64,000 bases of DNA. Origin: Candidatus Levybacteria bacterium RIFCSPLOWO2_12_FULL_41_12 (lineage in GTDB: Bacteria; Patescibacteriota; Microgenomatia; Levybacterales; UBA12049). The notes below the pieces were generated by a model. It saw nothing but the letters and a program-made list of their open reading frames with translations, ran no database searches and was not told the origin of the DNA. The stretch is taken from the NCBI GenBank assembly GCA_001784155.1, contig MFPL01000007.1:10101-74100 (forward strand), written 5' to 3'. A program made the position numbers and the translations under genes. Each line of letters begins with the position of its first letter. The first letter of the stretch is position 1. Shown piece by piece: positions 9,464 through 18,332 of the stretch.

Positions 9464-10486
9464 TTAATTGTTTCTTCTAATTTTATTTCCTGGGTCATTA
9501 AATATACTTTTTACTACGTATTTTGGTCTGCCTTTAACTTCCTCAAAAATCTTCCCCATATATTCTCCCAGAATGCTTATTCCCAAGAGTTGAAGCGCTC
9601 CGAAGAAGAGAATTGCTATAAGAATTGAAGTGACGCCGTGCGGAATGTCAGGGTTAATAAGCTTAAGAATTACAAGAACTATGATTGCAAGGGACGCGAA
9701 GACAAATATTACAGAAGAAAGAAGAGCTAGGAATTGAAGCGGAACGTAGGAGAAGGAAAAAATTCCCTTTGTAGCCCAGTTAAGATTTTTTAGTATACTG
9801 TTGGTTGTCTTGCCGAACATTCTTTCAGGTCTAGTGTAAGGAACACCAGTCTGCTTAAAGCCGACCCATGCGCGAAGTCCTCTAAGAAATCTGTCTCTTT
9901 CTGGAAACTCTTTTAGTGCGTCTACTACTCTTCTGTCTATTAGAGAAAAGTCCCCTGCATCTAAGGGAATCTTTATGTAAGAAAGCTTATGAAATACACG
10001 ATAAAACGACTTGTATAAGAAAACCATGTAAAGTGGCGCCTCACGTTTTACACGTACACCATACACGATGTCAAATCCTTTTAGCCATTTGGGATAGAAT
10101 TTCTCGATAATTTCCGGAGGGTCCTGAAGATCTCCATCGAGCAAAACTACTGCGTCTCCTGTCGCGATATCCATGCCGCTTGTGAAGGCCATTTGCGAGC
10201 TGAAGTTTCTTGAGTGATTTACCCCGATTACATGCTTATCCTGTCTACAAAGACTTGCTAATACACTTTCAGTATTATCCAGACTACCATCGTTGACGAA
10301 AATAATTTCATAATTCAGCCCGATTTTTTTGAAAATTTTAACAAGCCTTTTGTGCATTATGGGGATTGCACGTTCGTCGCCGTAGCATGCAATAATTGCA
10401 GAAATCTTTTTCCTTTTAAGTCTGTTTTTCATATACAATAAGATTTGTTCCACAGTAGATTCTATTGAGATATGGGATATTTTCAA
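9464..10486 (-). CDS. GT2 polyprenyl-phosphate glycosyltransferase (DPM1/ArnC/GtrB-like) with two C-terminal TM helices
   Basis: ISAIIACYGDE...FVNDGSLDNTESV...LLDGDLQDPPE motifs. C-terminal ILIAILFFGALQLLGISILGEY membrane anchor typical of GtrB/ArnC. True start may be the internal MKNRLKRKK (about 10429), which reduces the overlap with the upstream gene. Confidence 0.75.
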   Translation of the reverse strand: MKISHISIESTVEQILLYMKNRLKRKKISAIIACYGDERAIPIMHKRLVKIFKKIGLNYEIIFVNDGSLDNTESVLASLCRQDKHVIGVNHSRNFSSQMAFTSGMDIATGDAVVLLDGDLQDPPEIIEKFYPKWLKGFDIVYGVRVKREAPLYMVFLYKSFYRVFHKLSYIKIPLDAGDFSLIDRRVVDALKEFPERDRFLRGLRAWVGFKQTGVPYTRPERMFGKTTNSILKNLNWATKGIFSFSYVPLQFLALLSSVIFVFASLAIIVLVILKLINPDIPHGVTSILIAILFFGALQLLGISILGEYMGKIFEEVKGRPKYVVKSIFNDPGNKIRRNN

Positions 10487-11171
10487 GGATTGGCTCGACA
10501 GCTTTTATTAGCTTTGCCGGCCTTTCGGGGAAAAAGAAAGGAACTATTCCGAAGAAGCACTGTTTCCTTACCTGAAACCCGTTTCTTTCAAACCATCTAT
10601 TCAGAGTGGGCGGCCAGTATGATTTTTCCTCGTGTTCCCTGTGATAAGTTGAAACCTTTTCCATGATTTTCATAATCGGGCTGTATCCATTGGGTTCTGC
10701 TACGATAATTACATCAGCAAGCTTGCTAATCGCGTTTATTCCTTTTTGAGGTTGATAAAAATGGTGCAGAACTCCTCTTACTACAGCAACATCAAATTTT
10801 TCTTTAATTTTTTTATCAACTACATAAACACTTGAGACCAAAAAATTTATTCTTTTGGCGTCTTTTTTACGAATCTTTTTTTTTGCAATCCTCACCCCTT
10901 CTTCAGCATAGTCAAAACCTACAATTTTTTTTGGGCTTAACTTCTGATACAGCTCGAAGGTATAGGTTCCGTCTCCGGATCCTACATCAAGTATCTTCAG
11001 CGGTTTCTTAAATTTTTGTGATCTTATTGCTTTTAAAATACCATCCGATTGTTTTTTTGACGCTACAACAGCAGAATAAATATTTTGGTCTGTATAAGCG
11101 TAACCACCAAGCATCTTGACGTCTCTATTAAATTTTGAAATATTTTTTTCTCTATCTCTTCTTCTCTTCAT
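10416..11171 (-). CDS. Class I SAM-dependent methyltransferase
   Basis: ILDVGSGDGTYTFEL motif I. VVRGVLHHF. Confidence 0.7.
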   Translation of the reverse strand: MKRRRDREKNISKFNRDVKMLGGYAYTDQNIYSAVVASKKQSDGILKAIRSQKFKKPLKILDVGSGDGTYTFELYQKLSPKKIVGFDYAEEGVRIAKKKIRKKDAKRINFLVSSVYVVDKKIKEKFDVAVVRGVLHHFYQPQKGINAISKLADVIIVAEPNGYSPIMKIMEKVSTYHREHEEKSYWPPTLNRWFERNGFQVRKQCFFGIVPFFFPERPAKLIKAVEPILENIPYLNRIYCGTNLIVYEKQT

Positions 11172-11172
11172 A

Positions 11173-11700
11173 TTATCGTCTTAGGTTTACATACCAAGGC
11201 TTATTATTCTTTACCATCTCTCTTACGATGCTTGGAATTTCCTTAACGTCATCTGGCCATCTTGCTTCAATATTACCAAGAATTTTTAAAACTTGCTTGT
11301 CTTCTAAAGGCCAATGGGATATCCCATCATGCGAATAGTCTTTGTCTCTTCCGGAACCGACTAATCTCACGGGAATCTTTTCATAATTTATATAATTACG
11401 TATCGTTTCAAAAGGTCTGTATAGAAGAAACGTTGTAATCGAATAGGTGAATGGAATTTTCCCTTCAAGAGCCAGTCCTATTGCTATTCCCATCATAGCT
11501 TGTTCCGATGCGCCTACGTTAAGGTACCTATCCGGGAAGTCATCACGAATCCTATCCCACATACCGTAGCCAAGATCTCCCGTCACGACCCAAATGTTCT
11601 TATTTTTTAACATTTGAGAATGCAGGGAAGCTGCGAATGCTGCTCTTTGATTATCTTTAATAGTCATGTAATAATTCCATCGCGAGAGTGAAATCCTCAT
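11173..11700 (-). CDS. Transketolase C-terminal-section subunit, truncated (Pyr domain only, 175 aa)
   Basis: GASEQAMMGIAIGLALEGKIPFTYSITTFLLYRPFE (pyrimidine-binding domain). Ends about 130 aa short of the plus-strand paralog at 25143..26093. The next gene on the same strand starts immediately, leaving no room for the missing C-terminal domain. Confidence 0.65.
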   Translation of the reverse strand: MRISLSRWNYYMTIKDNQRAAFAASLHSQMLKNKNIWVVTGDLGYGMWDRIRDDFPDRYLNVGASEQAMMGIAIGLALEGKIPFTYSITTFLLYRPFETIRNYINYEKIPVRLVGSGRDKDYSHDGISHWPLEDKQVLKILGNIEARWPDDVKEIPSIVREMVKNNKPWYVNLRR

Positions 11701-12385
11701 TGCTCATTATGTAATAATGCGCCCCCTGATCTTTCAAGAAGGGGAATTGATTTACTTTCGTTTCAGCAAAAATTATATTTTCTTTTTTGCTTTTCAAAGC
11801 CTTAACTATTTGCTGAGTGTCATGCCCGTTAATTCTTTTTATATCGGGAGCAAATCCTTTTAGCCTTTTATATAAGGAGTCTTTGGGGATCGGAGCGTAT
11901 GCTCCCCAGCCGTTAACGTTAATCAAAATCTTCAAATTATTAATTTTCTGATCTCGAATAATTCTTAGTGATTCCCATATACTTCCTTCGGTTGATTCTC
12001 CGTCAGAGATCATGCAATATACATTTTTACCTCTATTTGAAAGCGCAATGCCCAAAGCTATTGGAAGCCCTTGTCCTAGACTTCCCGTTGATACATCAAC
12101 TCCAACTGCTGGATTCCGATCAGGATGCACATGCAGCTTTTCGGATTCGCCTGCTTTTAATAAGCCGTATTTTTCTAAAATAGTGTACAGCGCTATTCCG
12201 GCATGACCATTTGATAAAATAAATTTTTCGTTTTTTGATTTGATACTATAAACTGCATCTATCAGATCAACACTACTCAAACATGATCCCAAGTGAGATA
12301 AATTCAGTTTGTGAGAGATTATAAGAATTCTTCTTCTGATATCTCTTTGTCCTTTAGAAAGTTTTTTTAAGTCGTATTTATTCAT
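11657..12385 (-). CDS. Transketolase N-terminal-section subunit (TPP-binding)
   Basis: GHAGIALYTILEKYG, STGSLGQGLPIALGIA, ISDGESTEGSIWE motifs. Confidence 0.75.
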   Translation of the reverse strand: MNKYDLKKLSKGQRDIRRRILIISHKLNLSHLGSCLSSVDLIDAVYSIKSKNEKFILSNGHAGIALYTILEKYGLLKAGESEKLHVHPDRNPAVGVDVSTGSLGQGLPIALGIALSNRGKNVYCMISDGESTEGSIWESLRIIRDQKINNLKILINVNGWGAYAPIPKDSLYKRLKGFAPDIKRINGHDTQQIVKALKSKKENIIFAETKVNQFPFLKDQGAHYYIMSNEDFTLAMELLHDY

Positions 12386-13331
12386 CCGTCAATCTATTCT
12401 GAACGAGCCAATTATAAGTTTTGCTTAGTCCTTTTTCAATCGAGTATTTTGGTTTCCAATTCAACATTTTTTTAGCTTTCGTTATGTTTGCAATCCAATG
12501 GGGATTATCCCACATTCTTTTCTCAAATCCTCCCTTGATCACTTTGGTTTTTTGGCCTGTCATCTTAAAAAGAGTTTTTACAATCTCATCGTTTGTGTAT
12601 TCATGTCCGGTACCGGCATTAATTATTTCACCCGATAGCTTGCTTGATTTTTTTAACGCAGCAACATAAATATCTATGAGGTCGTCAATAAATATAAAGT
12701 CACGTCTTTGCTTGCCGGGGGTAAGCATTATCGGACGTTTCGCAATCAGTGCATGCATAATTGTCGGAATAAATCTGTCTTTTTGCTCATATGGTCCATA
12801 TACGGAGAAAGGTCTAATGGTAACGATGGGTTTTTTATATTGGTACGAAAAAGCCTGGCATAAAAGCGTCTGGGAGGCTTTGGCTGCTGCATAAAAACTT
12901 ATCGGTTCTAAAATATCAGCCTCTTTCATTGGCTTGGGCTTGAGTCCATATTCTGAGGAAGACCCCGTGTTAACAAAAATTTTATAATCTACGTCAATAG
13001 TTGCATAGAGTAATTCTAATGTCCCGTTTACGGATGTTGTGATAATTTGTTCTGCATCTTCTTGATTTCTGTACGAACCATAAGTAGCCAAATGAAATAT
13101 AGCCGTTGGGGATATTTTTTCCATTAACTTCTTCAAAGACTTTTTAGTAGGTGGAGCTGCGTGAAGCGTTATATTTTTTTTTATTTCTTTAAGTCTCCAG
13201 TTGTCTGAGGATTTTCTATGTATAACATGAACTTCATATCCCAGCTTTACAAGACGGCGTGTTAAATTAGCTCCAATAAAGCCTCCTCCTCCTGTGATGA
13301 CAATTCTTTTACTCGATGAGCCTGCCCTCAT
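12378..13331 (-). CDS. NAD-dependent sugar epimerase/dehydratase (SDR, extended family)
   Basis: RIVITGGGGFIGANL Rossmann motif. YAAAK catalytic YxxxK. Confidence 0.75.
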   Translation of the reverse strand: MRAGSSSKRIVITGGGGFIGANLTRRLVKLGYEVHVIHRKSSDNWRLKEIKKNITLHAAPPTKKSLKKLMEKISPTAIFHLATYGSYRNQEDAEQIITTSVNGTLELLYATIDVDYKIFVNTGSSSEYGLKPKPMKEADILEPISFYAAAKASQTLLCQAFSYQYKKPIVTIRPFSVYGPYEQKDRFIPTIMHALIAKRPIMLTPGKQRRDFIFIDDLIDIYVAALKKSSKLSGEIINAGTGHEYTNDEIVKTLFKMTGQKTKVIKGGFEKRMWDNPHWIANITKAKKMLNWKPKYSIEKGLSKTYNWLVQNRLTDE

Positions 13332-13381
13332 TTCGCTACATTATAGTTTATATGGTAAAATCAAAGCAAATCATCATCCCG

Positions 13382-15979
13382 ATGAAGAAAATTAATTTTT
13401 TATTCTTGCTCGTTATACTCGCAGTCGTTGTTTTATTTTCCTTGGGAAAAACCCTGGACTACTATTTCTTCACTGACGATTACGCATTTTTGTATTATCT
13501 CGGAAACAATCTTGAATTTGGATGGCCATACAACTCAGTCCTATCTATATTCAGCCCTATATATAAGCTTTTCGGAACCAATGCTCAGCCTTATTTTACC
13601 TTAGCTGTAGTAACTTATTTTTTTGCTTCAGTAAGCGTTTTCTTTTTTGCCAAAGCTTTAACAAAGAACTTACTGGTTTCCTCAGTAGCCTCGGTTATTT
13701 TTGCAACCGGCTATATTGGGCTAGATCAATTTAGCATGATCGCTGTTTCGATAATTAACAACTTGAATGTTATTAATGTCAGTATTACTTTGATACTTTT
13801 AATTTATTGGATCGAAACAAGGAAGCTCAGATACTATTTCTTAACTTTTTTTATGTTTTGGTTTAGTCTGCTTCTTTTTCCACACAGAGCATATCCTTTG
13901 GTTTTATTTCTGCCTTCTCTGGAATTAGTACTTAGTTTTAAACCGCGAAAACTCAAAAATATGCTCAAGCAAGTAGTAAGCTTATTTTTAAGATACATAC
14001 CCTTTCTCATTGTTGCAGTCCAGCGTGGAGTTTTTTCTTACGGTACACATGGCACCGAAAATGTTCATCTTTTGAATCTGGTTGAAACAGACAGCAAGAT
14101 CTACACGCTTTTTAATCCGTTATTTTTTAAAGAACTTTTTGCAGTGTTGGGTAAGTTCGTGTTATTGCCTTCATTTACGGATTTCTTTAAATACGTACCA
14201 AGTCAGGATTTTTACTCGTTTGTGGGAGTTGCCACATCTCTGCTGGCAACTGCCATGTCGATAGTTATTTACAGACGTGAAAAGCAAAAAAACGGCAGAG
14301 TGATTTTTGCTGTTTTTCTTTTGACAATACAAAGTTACGCTGGAAACATGTTTCTAAACGTAGATTTTGATGCTAACGGCCCGGTAAATAGATACTTAAC
14401 AATATCGTTTCTTTTTTATTCTATTTTGATTTCACTGTTTTTTTATTTGTTTCTTCAGATATTGTCTAAGATAAATGTTAATGCAAAAAAGAGAATTTAT
14501 GCGACCCTGGCATTTTTTCTTATTTTAGTTCTTGCATCACTCTCCAGAGATTATGAGGAACGGGTCCTTGAAGACCGAAGTCAGCCTGCGATAAAATTTT
14601 TTAAAGAATTAAAGACTTATGTCCCCGCGCTTTCAGACTCAAATTACAACATATTTTATTTTGATAGAGCGTCTTATTATCCCGTATCTTCTAGATTTGG
14701 AAATGTACTTCTCAGCGCAGCTATGGGCAACAGCGTCAACCTGGCGTTTCCTTACGGGATATCGGTTGATTCGGTTAAGATAACGGACACTTTCGAAGAT
14801 TTTCTACGTCTGGTTTTTTATACACCAGAGGGTAAAAAACCTGTTTACTATACGTTTTATAACGATGAGAGTGGTCTTAAAGACACAACAGACGATGTAT
14901 TCAGTCTTTTAGAAAGTGGTGGTTCTACCGTGATTTCAAGCGATAAGATAACATACAAAAACGAACAGGGAATTAATGCGGTAAGCATAAATACAGCGGG
15001 AGTATCAAGCCTTACCCCGCTTTCATTAAGGATGAGTCTTCAAGCAACCCCTCTTCCGCCGTCAGCGTTTGCGTTTCCTTACTCTTTTAACGCAAGCCTA
15101 ACGGAGTCTATTTCGGAGAGTGAAAAAGAGAAAATTTTTAAATATCTTCTTTCTCGAGAGAAATATTATGAAAGCGTGAGGGTTCAGGTTGAATCCATAC
15201 ACGTTGGTAAGAAGAACCCTGCGTCGTATTTAGTTGATGATAATCCTGACACCAACTGGATTTCCGATCAAAGCAGATGGGAAGTGGGTATAAAGCCTTG
15301 GATTAAAATAGATCTCTCAGAGGAGAGAAGCATAGGGACGGCTCTTTGGAGACAGTCTCCTTCCCGTGCTGTAGAAGATTTTACAATTAATGTTTCAAGT
15401 GACGGCGAGAACTGGACTGGTGTGAAGAATTTGAGCAAGCGAAACATTTACTCCGACAATAGTCTGGTGGCGGTCGATTTCAATCCCGTTAATGCCCGTT
15501 ACGTAATGCTTACGATTGTAAGTCTATCGACGGGCCCAGGTCCGAGTTTGGCGGAAATAGAACTATTAGAAGATGAATTTAATAGGATGGATATAGAAAA
15601 GGCATTCGGAATGAAAGATAACCCTTTTGCGAGTATCTCTGATGTTGAGGAAGTTGCGCAGGCGTATGCGTATTTAGAAAAAAACGCAAAGTTAAAGATA
15701 AAAACATTTACAAACAAAGACGATCCCGTGTCCAGTGCTGTGCTAGGTGAAATTCCTATCTTTCTGGATGGAGCCTATCATGATTACGAATTTCAGATAC
15801 CTCAAGGCGGGACTCATCTCAAAGAAATAAGACTTGAAGCCAATTTTCCCGCAAGTTTTAATGTTAGTCGGGTGCTCATAGAAAATCTGTCCAAGGAAAA
15901 AGTTCTTGAGGAAACCCGAAAAAAGTGTCTCGAGTTTACAGGGATAGATTCCTGGAGAAATCCTTTCGATTGTAGCTAG
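13382..15979 (+). CDS. Polytopic GT-C-like membrane glycosyltransferase with a C-terminal F5/8 type C (discoidin) domain. Paralog of 3990..6476
   Basis: Start moved to the internal ATG (MKKINFLFLL) so it does not overlap the divergent gene. TDDYAFLYY loop motif followed by many TM helices. C-terminal LVDDNPDTNWISDQSRWEVGIKPWIKIDLSEERSIGTALWRQS...FTINVSSDGENW discoidin signature. Confidence 0.6.
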   Translation: MKKINFLFLLVILAVVVLFSLGKTLDYYFFTDDYAFLYYLGNNLEFGWPYNSVLSIFSPIYKLFGTNAQPYFTLAVVTYFFASVSVFFFAKALTKNLLVSSVASVIFATGYIGLDQFSMIAVSIINNLNVINVSITLILLIYWIETRKLRYYFLTFFMFWFSLLLFPHRAYPLVLFLPSLELVLSFKPRKLKNMLKQVVSLFLRYIPFLIVAVQRGVFSYGTHGTENVHLLNLVETDSKIYTLFNPLFFKELFAVLGKFVLLPSFTDFFKYVPSQDFYSFVGVATSLLATAMSIVIYRREKQKNGRVIFAVFLLTIQSYAGNMFLNVDFDANGPVNRYLTISFLFYSILISLFFYLFLQILSKINVNAKKRIYATLAFFLILVLASLSRDYEERVLEDRSQPAIKFFKELKTYVPALSDSNYNIFYFDRASYYPVSSRFGNVLLSAAMGNSVNLAFPYGISVDSVKITDTFEDFLRLVFYTPEGKKPVYYTFYNDESGLKDTTDDVFSLLESGGSTVISSDKITYKNEQGINAVSINTAGVSSLTPLSLRMSLQATPLPPSAFAFPYSFNASLTESISESEKEKIFKYLLSREKYYESVRVQVESIHVGKKNPASYLVDDNPDTNWISDQSRWEVGIKPWIKIDLSEERSIGTALWRQSPSRAVEDFTINVSSDGENWTGVKNLSKRNIYSDNSLVAVDFNPVNARYVMLTIVSLSTGPGPSLAEIELLEDEFNRMDIEKAFGMKDNPFASISDVEEVAQAYAYLEKNAKLKIKTFTNKDDPVSSAVLGEIPIFLDGAYHDYEFQIPQGGTHLKEIRLEANFPASFNVSRVLIENLSKEKVLEETRKKCLEFTGIDSWRNPFDCS

Positions 15980-16009
15980 AACTGCTTAGTTGTATAATAA
16001 GCAAAATTT

Positions 16010-16789
16010 ATGAAGACTGTAATTCTTTGTGGAGGTATAGGATACAGACTGAAAGAGGAAACAGAGTTTAAGCCAAAACCCATGGTGCAGATAGGAGGAA
16101 AGCCTATACTCTGGCATATAATGAAAATGTATGCCCATCACGGATTTAACGATTTTATAATTGCTCTCGGATATAAAGGAGACCTCATAAGGCAATATTT
16201 TCTGAACGAACAAAACATGATTTATGATTTTACTTTGAATACGTCTACAGGAAAATCTAAGCCTCACAAAACAGGCATCAAGTCCGATAAGTTTGTCATT
16301 ACCTTTGTAAATACAGGAGAAGAATCTCTTCCCGGAGAGAGAATTTTAAGAATAAAAGACTATATTCCAAAAACTGACAAAAACTTCATGGTTACATATG
16401 GAGATGGGGTATCGGATATAAGCATAAAAGATGTTGTTAAATTTCACATAAAACAAAAAACAATTGGAACTATTACAGGTGTGCATCCGCGTACAAAATG
16501 GGGTCTTCTCAATATTGATAAAGTGGATAAGACCGCTACATCTTTTGTAGAAAAACCCGTGCTTAATCAGTGGGTGAACGGCGGGTTCATGGTTTTTAAA
16601 CGAGAGTTCTTTAATTTCCTAAAACCAGGGGAGATGGAGCATGAAAGTCTCAAAAGATTGATAAAGAAGAGACAGTTGTCGATTTATACTCATGATGGAT
16701 TCTGGCACTGCATGGATACCTATCCTGACGTAGATAATTTAAATAAGATGTGGAAAGAAGATCCGAAGTGGAAAATATGGCAGGATTAA
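16010..16789 (+). CDS. rfbF: Glucose-1-phosphate cytidylyltransferase
   Basis: Near-canonical RfbF: MKTVILCGGIGYRLKEETEFKPKPMVQIGGKPILWHIMKMY...GGFMVF...GFWHCMDTYPD...KMWKE..PKWKIW. Confidence 0.9.
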   Translation: MKTVILCGGIGYRLKEETEFKPKPMVQIGGKPILWHIMKMYAHHGFNDFIIALGYKGDLIRQYFLNEQNMIYDFTLNTSTGKSKPHKTGIKSDKFVITFVNTGEESLPGERILRIKDYIPKTDKNFMVTYGDGVSDISIKDVVKFHIKQKTIGTITGVHPRTKWGLLNIDKVDKTATSFVEKPVLNQWVNGGFMVFKREFFNFLKPGEMEHESLKRLIKKRQLSIYTHDGFWHCMDTYPDVDNLNKMWKEDPKWKIWQD

Positions 16790-17733
16790 ATGGTAAGAAA
16801 ATATTAGTTACTGGAGGAGCTGGCTTCATTGGGTCACACCTGGTATTAGAACTTCTAAAAAATCAAGCGAAAGTTTTTGTTATAGACCTAGAAGCTAGGC
16901 CTAAATCTTTTTTTTCCCTTAATAAACTATCAAATAAAGTAAATTTTAAGATTTTAGATGTAAGAGATAAAAGTAAAGTATTTAGTTATTTTAACAAATT
17001 TAATTTCGATTATATCTGTCATCTTGCAGCAGAGCCAATTGTGGGGGAAGGTTATGACAATCCACATGCAACGTTTGAAACAAATATTATGGGAACAGTA
17101 AATATTTTGGAAGCTGTCAGGAAATATAGAGTAAAAGGCATTGTTGCGGCTTCATCTGATAAGGCGTACGGAAAAACACAAAAAACTTACACCGAGAAAT
17201 CCCCGCTTCGAGGAGACCATCCTTACGATGTCTCAAAGTCTTCCGCTGACCTTATTTGTCAGGCATATTACAAAACTTACGGTATTTCTGTTGTAATAAC
17301 AAGGTTTGGAAATGTATATGGTGAGGGAGATCTACATTTTGACAGAATTATCCCCGGAATTTGCAAAGCCTTAATTAAAAATGATGATTTTAAGATTAGA
17401 AGTAATGGTAAATATGTTAGAGACTACATCTATGTAAAAGATGTCGTAGACGGTTATTTACTATTGCTCCAAAAAATAAACAGAGTACAGGGTGAAGCTT
17501 TTAACTTTTCATCCGCTGAAAACTTATCGGTAGTAGAAGTAATAAAAAAAATCGAAAAGAGGCTTGGGAAAAGGATAAGCTACAAAATATTAAATATTGC
17601 AAAAAATGAAATTCCTTATCAACATTTGGATGATTCTAAGGTGAGAAAGCTGGGATGGAGAACGAATTATAGTTTAGACTCCACTATAGAGCAGATTTTA
17701 GATTGGTATAAACATGATTTTTACAAAAACTAA
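16777..17733 (+). CDS. rfbG: CDP-glucose 4,6-dehydratase
   Basis: Immediately follows rfbF. GKKILVTGGAGFIGSHL, TNIMGTVNILEA, DPYDVSKSSADL motifs. Start taken at the internal ATG (MAGLNGKK); the track ORF begins 27 nt earlier inside rfbF. Confidence 0.65.
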   Translation: MAGLNGKKILVTGGAGFIGSHLVLELLKNQAKVFVIDLEARPKSFFSLNKLSNKVNFKILDVRDKSKVFSYFNKFNFDYICHLAAEPIVGEGYDNPHATFETNIMGTVNILEAVRKYRVKGIVAASSDKAYGKTQKTYTEKSPLRGDHPYDVSKSSADLICQAYYKTYGISVVITRFGNVYGEGDLHFDRIIPGICKALIKNDDFKIRSNGKYVRDYIYVKDVVDGYLLLLQKINRVQGEAFNFSSAENLSVVEVIKKIEKRLGKRISYKILNIAKNEIPYQHLDDSKVRKLGWRTNYSLDSTIEQILDWYKHDFYKN

Positions 17734-18265
17734 AATTAAAGGAGTATTTCTCATTGAGCCAGAACCTAAGAAAGACGAGAGGGGTTATTTTCAAAGAATT
17801 TATGATTACAATGAATTTAAAAAAAGAGATATGAATTTCAGAATGGTTCAGGAAAATCAGTCAATGTCTCTTACAAAAGGTGCTATAAGAGGCATTCATA
17901 TGCAAAAAGCTCCAAAATCAGAGGATAAACTGATTCAATGCATAAAAGGAGCAATATTTGATGTGATAGTGGATTTGCGTTTAGGCTCCAAGACTTATGG
18001 GAAGTTGATTGGAGAAATTTTGTATGAAAATAAAAAAATGATGTATGTCCCAAAGGGTTGTGCTCATGGATTTCAAGCACTTGAGGAGAATACAATTATT
18101 CAATATCCAGTTTCACAGTATTATACCCCTAATTATGAGATGGGAATAAGATGGAATGATCCATTCTTCAATATTAAATGGCCAGTAAAAAACGTAACCG
18201 TATCGGAAAAAGATTCTGCATGGCCTGATTTTATTCCCCATAAAAAAATGAAATCAAAAAATTAA
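17714..18265 (+). CDS. RmlC-like cupin sugar-nucleotide 3,5-epimerase
   Basis: IKGVFLIEPEPKKDERGYF..R.Y and downstream His/Tyr-containing cupin core. 183 aa, typical RfbC/RmlC size. Confidence 0.7.
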   Translation: MIFTKTKIKGVFLIEPEPKKDERGYFQRIYDYNEFKKRDMNFRMVQENQSMSLTKGAIRGIHMQKAPKSEDKLIQCIKGAIFDVIVDLRLGSKTYGKLIGEILYENKKMMYVPKGCAHGFQALEENTIIQYPVSQYYTPNYEMGIRWNDPFFNIKWPVKNVTVSEKDSAWPDFIPHKKMKSKN

Positions 18266-18332
18266 GCTAGGAAAATTTCCTGATAAGACGAGTTCAAAAA
18301 ACCAGAAGAAAGTCAAGATTTACAAATTACCG

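Noticed and set aside
13316-13381. Track ORF for the discoidin GT-C gene begins at 13316, overlapping the divergent epimerase gene start.
   Set aside because: A 16-nt head-to-head coding overlap is implausible. The ATG at 13382 (MKKINFLFLL) starts right at the first TM helix and leaves a 50-bp bidirectional promoter gap.
16750-16776. Track ORF for the rfbG-like gene begins at 16750, 40 nt inside rfbF.
   Set aside because: The internal ATG at 16777 (MAGLNGKK, just before the Rossmann motif) gives a canonical N-terminus and a 13-nt overlap. The upstream extension is probably not translated.
18266-18332. Possible intrinsic terminator after the RmlC-like gene (ggaaaatttcc).
   Set aside because: The inverted repeat is imperfect and only about 5 bp, with no following T-tract. 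It is more likely just the spacer before the next SDR gene in the same operon.
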